From: Octopus sinensis
Lineage: Eukaryota
Length of the DNA stretch: 40,194 bases
Assembly: GCF_006345805.1 (NCBI RefSeq)
Contig: NW_021833696.1
Coordinates: forward strand, 1-40,194
Direction: 5' to 3'
Shown here one piece after another: positions 35,601 to 40,194 of the stretch. Made by a program: the position numbers and the translations under genes. The notes below the pieces were generated by a model. The model saw only the letters and a list, made by a program, of their open reading frames with translations, had not been told where the DNA came from and did not search any database. Every line of letters begins with the position of its first letter. Positions within the stretch are counted from its first letter, which is position 1.

Positions 35601-38600
35601 CAAAATTGCATAATATATTACGCCATTTATTACTCAATTTATTACATAATCTCAAGTACCCCCCCTACCCCGTATCCTTATATCTACGGACCTTCCAAAA
35701 TTGCATAATATATTACATAATTTATTACGAAATTTATTACATAATCTCAAGTACCCCCATATCATATCTAAGGAACTTGTTAATTGCATAATATATTACG
35801 CAATTATTACCCAATTTATTACATAATCTCAAGTACCCCCAATATCCTCACATCCACGGACCATTCAAAATTGCATAATATATCACGTAATTTATTACTC
35901 AATTTATTACTAATCTCAAGTACCCCACCCCGTATCCTTATATCTACGGACCTTCCAAAATTGCATAATATATTACGTAATTTATTACGCAATTTATTAC
36001 ATAATCTCAAGTACCCCTATATCCTCATATCAATAGACCTTGCAAAATTGCATCCTATTTTACGCAATTTTTGTCGTAAGTTATTACATAATCTCAAGTA
36101 CTCAAAATACTCACATCAACGGAATTTCCAAAATTAGGTAATATATTACGCAATTTATTACATAATCTCAAGTACTCCAAATACTCACATCTACGCAATT
36201 TCCAAAATTGCATAATATAATACGTAATTTATTACGCAATTTATTACATAATCTCAAGTACCCCACCAACATCCTCATATCTTAAACCTTCCAAAATTGC
36301 ATAATATTACGTACGCCATTTATTACTCAATTTATTACATAATCTCAAGTACCCCCCGTATCCTTATATCTACGGACCTTCCAAAATTGCATAATATTTA
36401 CATAGTTTATTACGAAATTTATTACATAATCTCAAGTACCCCCCATATCATATCTAAGGAACTTGTAAAATGCATAATATATTACGCAATTTATTACCCA
36501 ATTTATTACATAATCTCAAGTACCCCAATATCCTCACATCCACGGACCATTCAAAATTGCATAATATATCACGTAATTTATTACTCAATTTATTACATAA
36601 TCTCAAGTACCCCGTATCCTTATATCTACGGACCTTCCAAAATTGCATAATATATTACGTAATTTATTACGCAATTTATTACATAATCTCAAGTACCCCC
36701 ATATCCTCATATCAATAGACCTTGCAAAATTGCATCCTATTTTACGCAATTTTTCTTGTAATTTTACATAATCTCAAGTACTCAAAATACTCACATCTAC
36801 GGAATTTCCAAAATTAGGTACTATATTACATAATATATTACGCAATTTATTACATAATCTCAAGTACTCCAAATACTCACATCTACGCAATTTCCAAATG
36901 CATAATATATTACGTAATTTATTACGCATTTATTACATAATCTCAAGTACCCCAACATCCTCATATCTTAAACCTTCCAAAATTGCATAATATATTACGC
37001 CGCCATTTATTACTCAATTTATTACATAATCTCAAGTACCCCGTATCCTTATATCTACGGACCTTCCAAAATTGCATAATATATTATACATAATTTATTA
37101 CGAAATTATTACATAATCTCAAGTACCCCCACATCATATCATATCTAAGGAACTTGTTAAATTAATGCATAATATATTACGCAATTTATTACCCAATTTA
37201 TCATAATCTCAAGTACCCCAATATCCTCACATCCACGGACCATTCAAAATTGCATAATATATCACGTAATTTATTACTCAATTTATTACATAATCTCAAG
37301 TACCCCGTATCCTTATATCTACGGACCTTCCAAAATTGCATAATATATTACGTAATTTATTACGCAATTTATTACATAATCTCAAGTACCCCCATATCCT
37401 CATATCAATAGACCTTGCAAAATTGCATCCTATTTTACGCAATTTTTGTCGTAAGTTATTACATAATCTCAAGTACTCAAAAACTCACATCACGGAATTT
37501 CAAAATTAGGTAATATATTACGCAATTTATTACACATAATCTCAAGTACTCCAAATACTCACATCTACGCAATTTCCAAAATTGCATAATATAATACGTA
37601 ATTTATTACGCAATTTATTACATAATCTCAAGTACCCCCACATCCTCATATCTTAAACCTTCCAAAATTGCATATATATTACGCCATTATTACTCAATTA
37701 TTACATAATCTCAAGTACCCCGTATCCTTATATCTACGGACCTTCCAAAATTGCATAATATATTACATAGTTTATTACGAAATTTATTACATAATCTCAA
37801 GTACCCCCATATCATATCTAAGGAACTTGTTAAATTGCATAATATATTACGCAATTTATTACGCAATTTATTACATAATCTCAAGTACCCTAATATCCTC
37901 ACATCTACGGACCATTCAAATTTGCATAATATATCACGTAATTTATTACTCAATTTATTACATAATGTCAAGTACCCCCAATATCCTCACATCCACGGAC
38001 CATTCAAAATTGCATAATATATCACGTAATTTATTACTCAATTTATTACATAATCTCAAGTACCCCGTATCCTTATATCTACGGACCTTCCAAAATTGCA
38101 TAATATATTACGTAATTTATTACGCAATTTAATTACATAATCTCAAGTACCCCCATATCCTCATATCAATAGACTTTGCAAAATTGCATCCTATTTTACG
38201 CAATTTTTGTCGTAAGTTATTACATAATCTCAAGTACTCAAAATACTCACATCAACGGAATTTCCAAAATTAGGTAATATATTACATAATATATTACGCA
38301 ATTTATTACATAATCTCAAGTACTCCAAATACTCACATCTACGCAATTTCCAAAATTAGGTAATATATTACATAATATATTACACAATTTATTACCCAAT
38401 TTATTACATAATCTCAAGTACCCTAATATCCTCACATCTACGGACCATTCAAAATTGCATAATATATCACGTAATTTATTACTCAATTTATTACATAATC
38501 TTAAGTACCCCGTATCCTTATATCTACGGACTTTCCAAAATTGCATAATATATTACGTAATTTATTACGCAATTTATTAAATAATCTCAAGTACCCCCAT

Positions 38601-40194
38601 ATCCTCATATTAATAGACCTTGCAAAGTTGGATCCTATTTTACGCAATTTTTCTCGTAAGTTATTACATAATCTCAAGTACTCCAAATACTCACATCTAC
38701 GCAATTTACAAAATTAGGTAATATATTACATAATATATTACGCAATTTATTACTCAATTTATTACATAATCTCAAGTACCCCAATATCCTCACATCTACG
38801 GACCATTCAAATTTGCATAATATATCACGTAATTTATTACTCAATTTATTACATAATCTCAAGTACCCCGTATCCTTTTATCTACGGACCTTCCAAAATT
38901 GCATAATATATTACGTAATTTATTACGCAATTTATTACATAATCTCAAGTACCCCAACATCCTCATATCTTAAACCTTCCAAAATTGCATAATATATTAC
39001 GCCATTTATTACTCAATTTATTACATAATCTCAAGTACCCCGTATCCTTATATCTACGGACTTTCCAAAATTGCATAATATATTACATAATTTATTACGA
39101 AATTTATTACATAATCTCAAGTACCCCGTATCCTTATATCTACGGACTTTCCAAAATTGCATAATATATTACATAATTTATTACGAAATTTATTACATAA
39201 TCTCAAGTACCCCCCATATCATATCTAGAACTTGTTAAATTGCTTAATATATTACGCAATTTATTACCCAATTTATTACATAATCTCAAGTACCCCCCAT
39301 ATCCTCACATCTACGGACCATTCAAATTTGCATAACATATCACGTAATTTATTACTCAATTTTTACATAATGTCAAGTACCCCGTATCCTTATATCTTCG
39401 ATACACCCAAATTTCATTATATATTACGTAATTTATTACGCAATTTATTACATAATCTCAAGTACCCCCATATCCTCATATCAATAGACTTTGCAAAATT
39501 GCATCCTATTTTACGCAATTTTTGTCGTAAGTTATTACATAATCTCAAGTACTCAAAATACTCACATCAACGGAATTTCCAAAATTAGGTAATATATTAC
39601 GTAATTTATTACCCAATTTATTACATAATCTCAAGTACCCCAATATCCTCACATCTACGGACCATTCAAATTTGCATAATATATCACGTAATTTATTACT
39701 CAATTTATTACATAATCTCAAGTACCCCGTATCCTTTTATCTACGGACCTTCCAAAATTGCATAATATATTACGTAATTTATTACGCAATTTATTACATA
39801 ATCTCAAGTACCCCAACATCCTCATATCTTAAACCTTCCAAAATTGCATAATATATTACGCCATTTATTACTCAATTTATTACATAATCTCAAGTACCCC
39901 GTATCCTTATATCTACGGACTTTCCAAAATTGCATAATATATTACATAATTTATTACGAAATTTATTACATAATCTCAAGTACCCCCATATCATATCTAA
40001 GGAACTTGTTAAATTGCTTAATATATTACGCAATTTATTACCCAATTTATTACATAATCTCAAGTACCCCAATATCCTCACATCTACGGACCATTCAAAT
40101 TTGCATAATATATCACGTAATTTATTACTCAATTTATTACATAATGTCAAGTACCCCGTATCCTTATATCTTCGATACACCCAAATTTCATTAT
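32634..40194 (+). repeat. Satellite array, right segment (~88 monomers), ~688-bp 8-mer higher-order repeat, open at the window end
   Basis: Monomer classes recur in a fixed order with lengths 86,86,84,87,86,87,86,86. One measured HOR runs 34873->35565 = 692 bp (688 plus a 4-bp ACAT duplication). Deletion variants of the HOR are also present. Confidence 0.98.

Noticed and set aside
26977-40180. Dozens of ORFs such as MHNILRNLL..., CIIYYAIYY... and LRLCNKL...
   Set aside because: These are translation by-products of the 12-bp subrepeat. Monomer lengths of 86 shift the frame, and indels are not frame-preserving.
27064-40194. CRISPR-like appearance (conserved ~50-bp block alternating with a variable ~35-bp block)
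   Set aside because: The variable blocks are homologous to each other and recur in a fixed 8-mer order. There are no cas genes and the context is eukaryotic. This is a HOR satellite.
1-40194. tRNA, rRNA, snRNA / spliced-leader genes and telomeric repeats
   Set aside because: None was recognisable by eye. Covariance-model searches were not possible, so absence is not proven.

Overview
AT-rich eukaryotic genomic DNA in the standard genetic code, not prokaryotic. It carries an adhesion GPCR, CoA synthase and an AT-hook protein, all with 23-32 nt spliceosomal introns. This suggests a highly compacted animal genome, possibly a dicyemid- or myxozoan-like parasite (inference). Left 27 kb: a head-to-head COASY / AT-hook gene pair occurs twice in a >=5.2 kb duplication (1-5197 and 17024-22534), alongside one adhesion GPCR. 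These genes sit among transposon remnants: about 8 CRE-clade RT/RLE fragments, RTE-like APE fragments, hAT, pogo, an I/Jockey-type LINE and a Merlin-like MITE. Right 13 kb: an ~86-bp satellite organised as an ~688-bp 8-mer higher-order repeat, running off the window end. The array is interrupted by a near full-length R4/Dong-type RLE retrotransposon (29068-32633). The element has a perfect 12-bp target-site duplication of the satellite's most conserved motif (CATAATCTCAAG), and the HOR register is preserved across it. This is the best candidate for an undescribed satellite- or centromere-targeted retroelement system. Caveat: many frameshifts fall in homopolymers and may be long-read errors. 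All family assignments come from motif recognition; no database searches were run.
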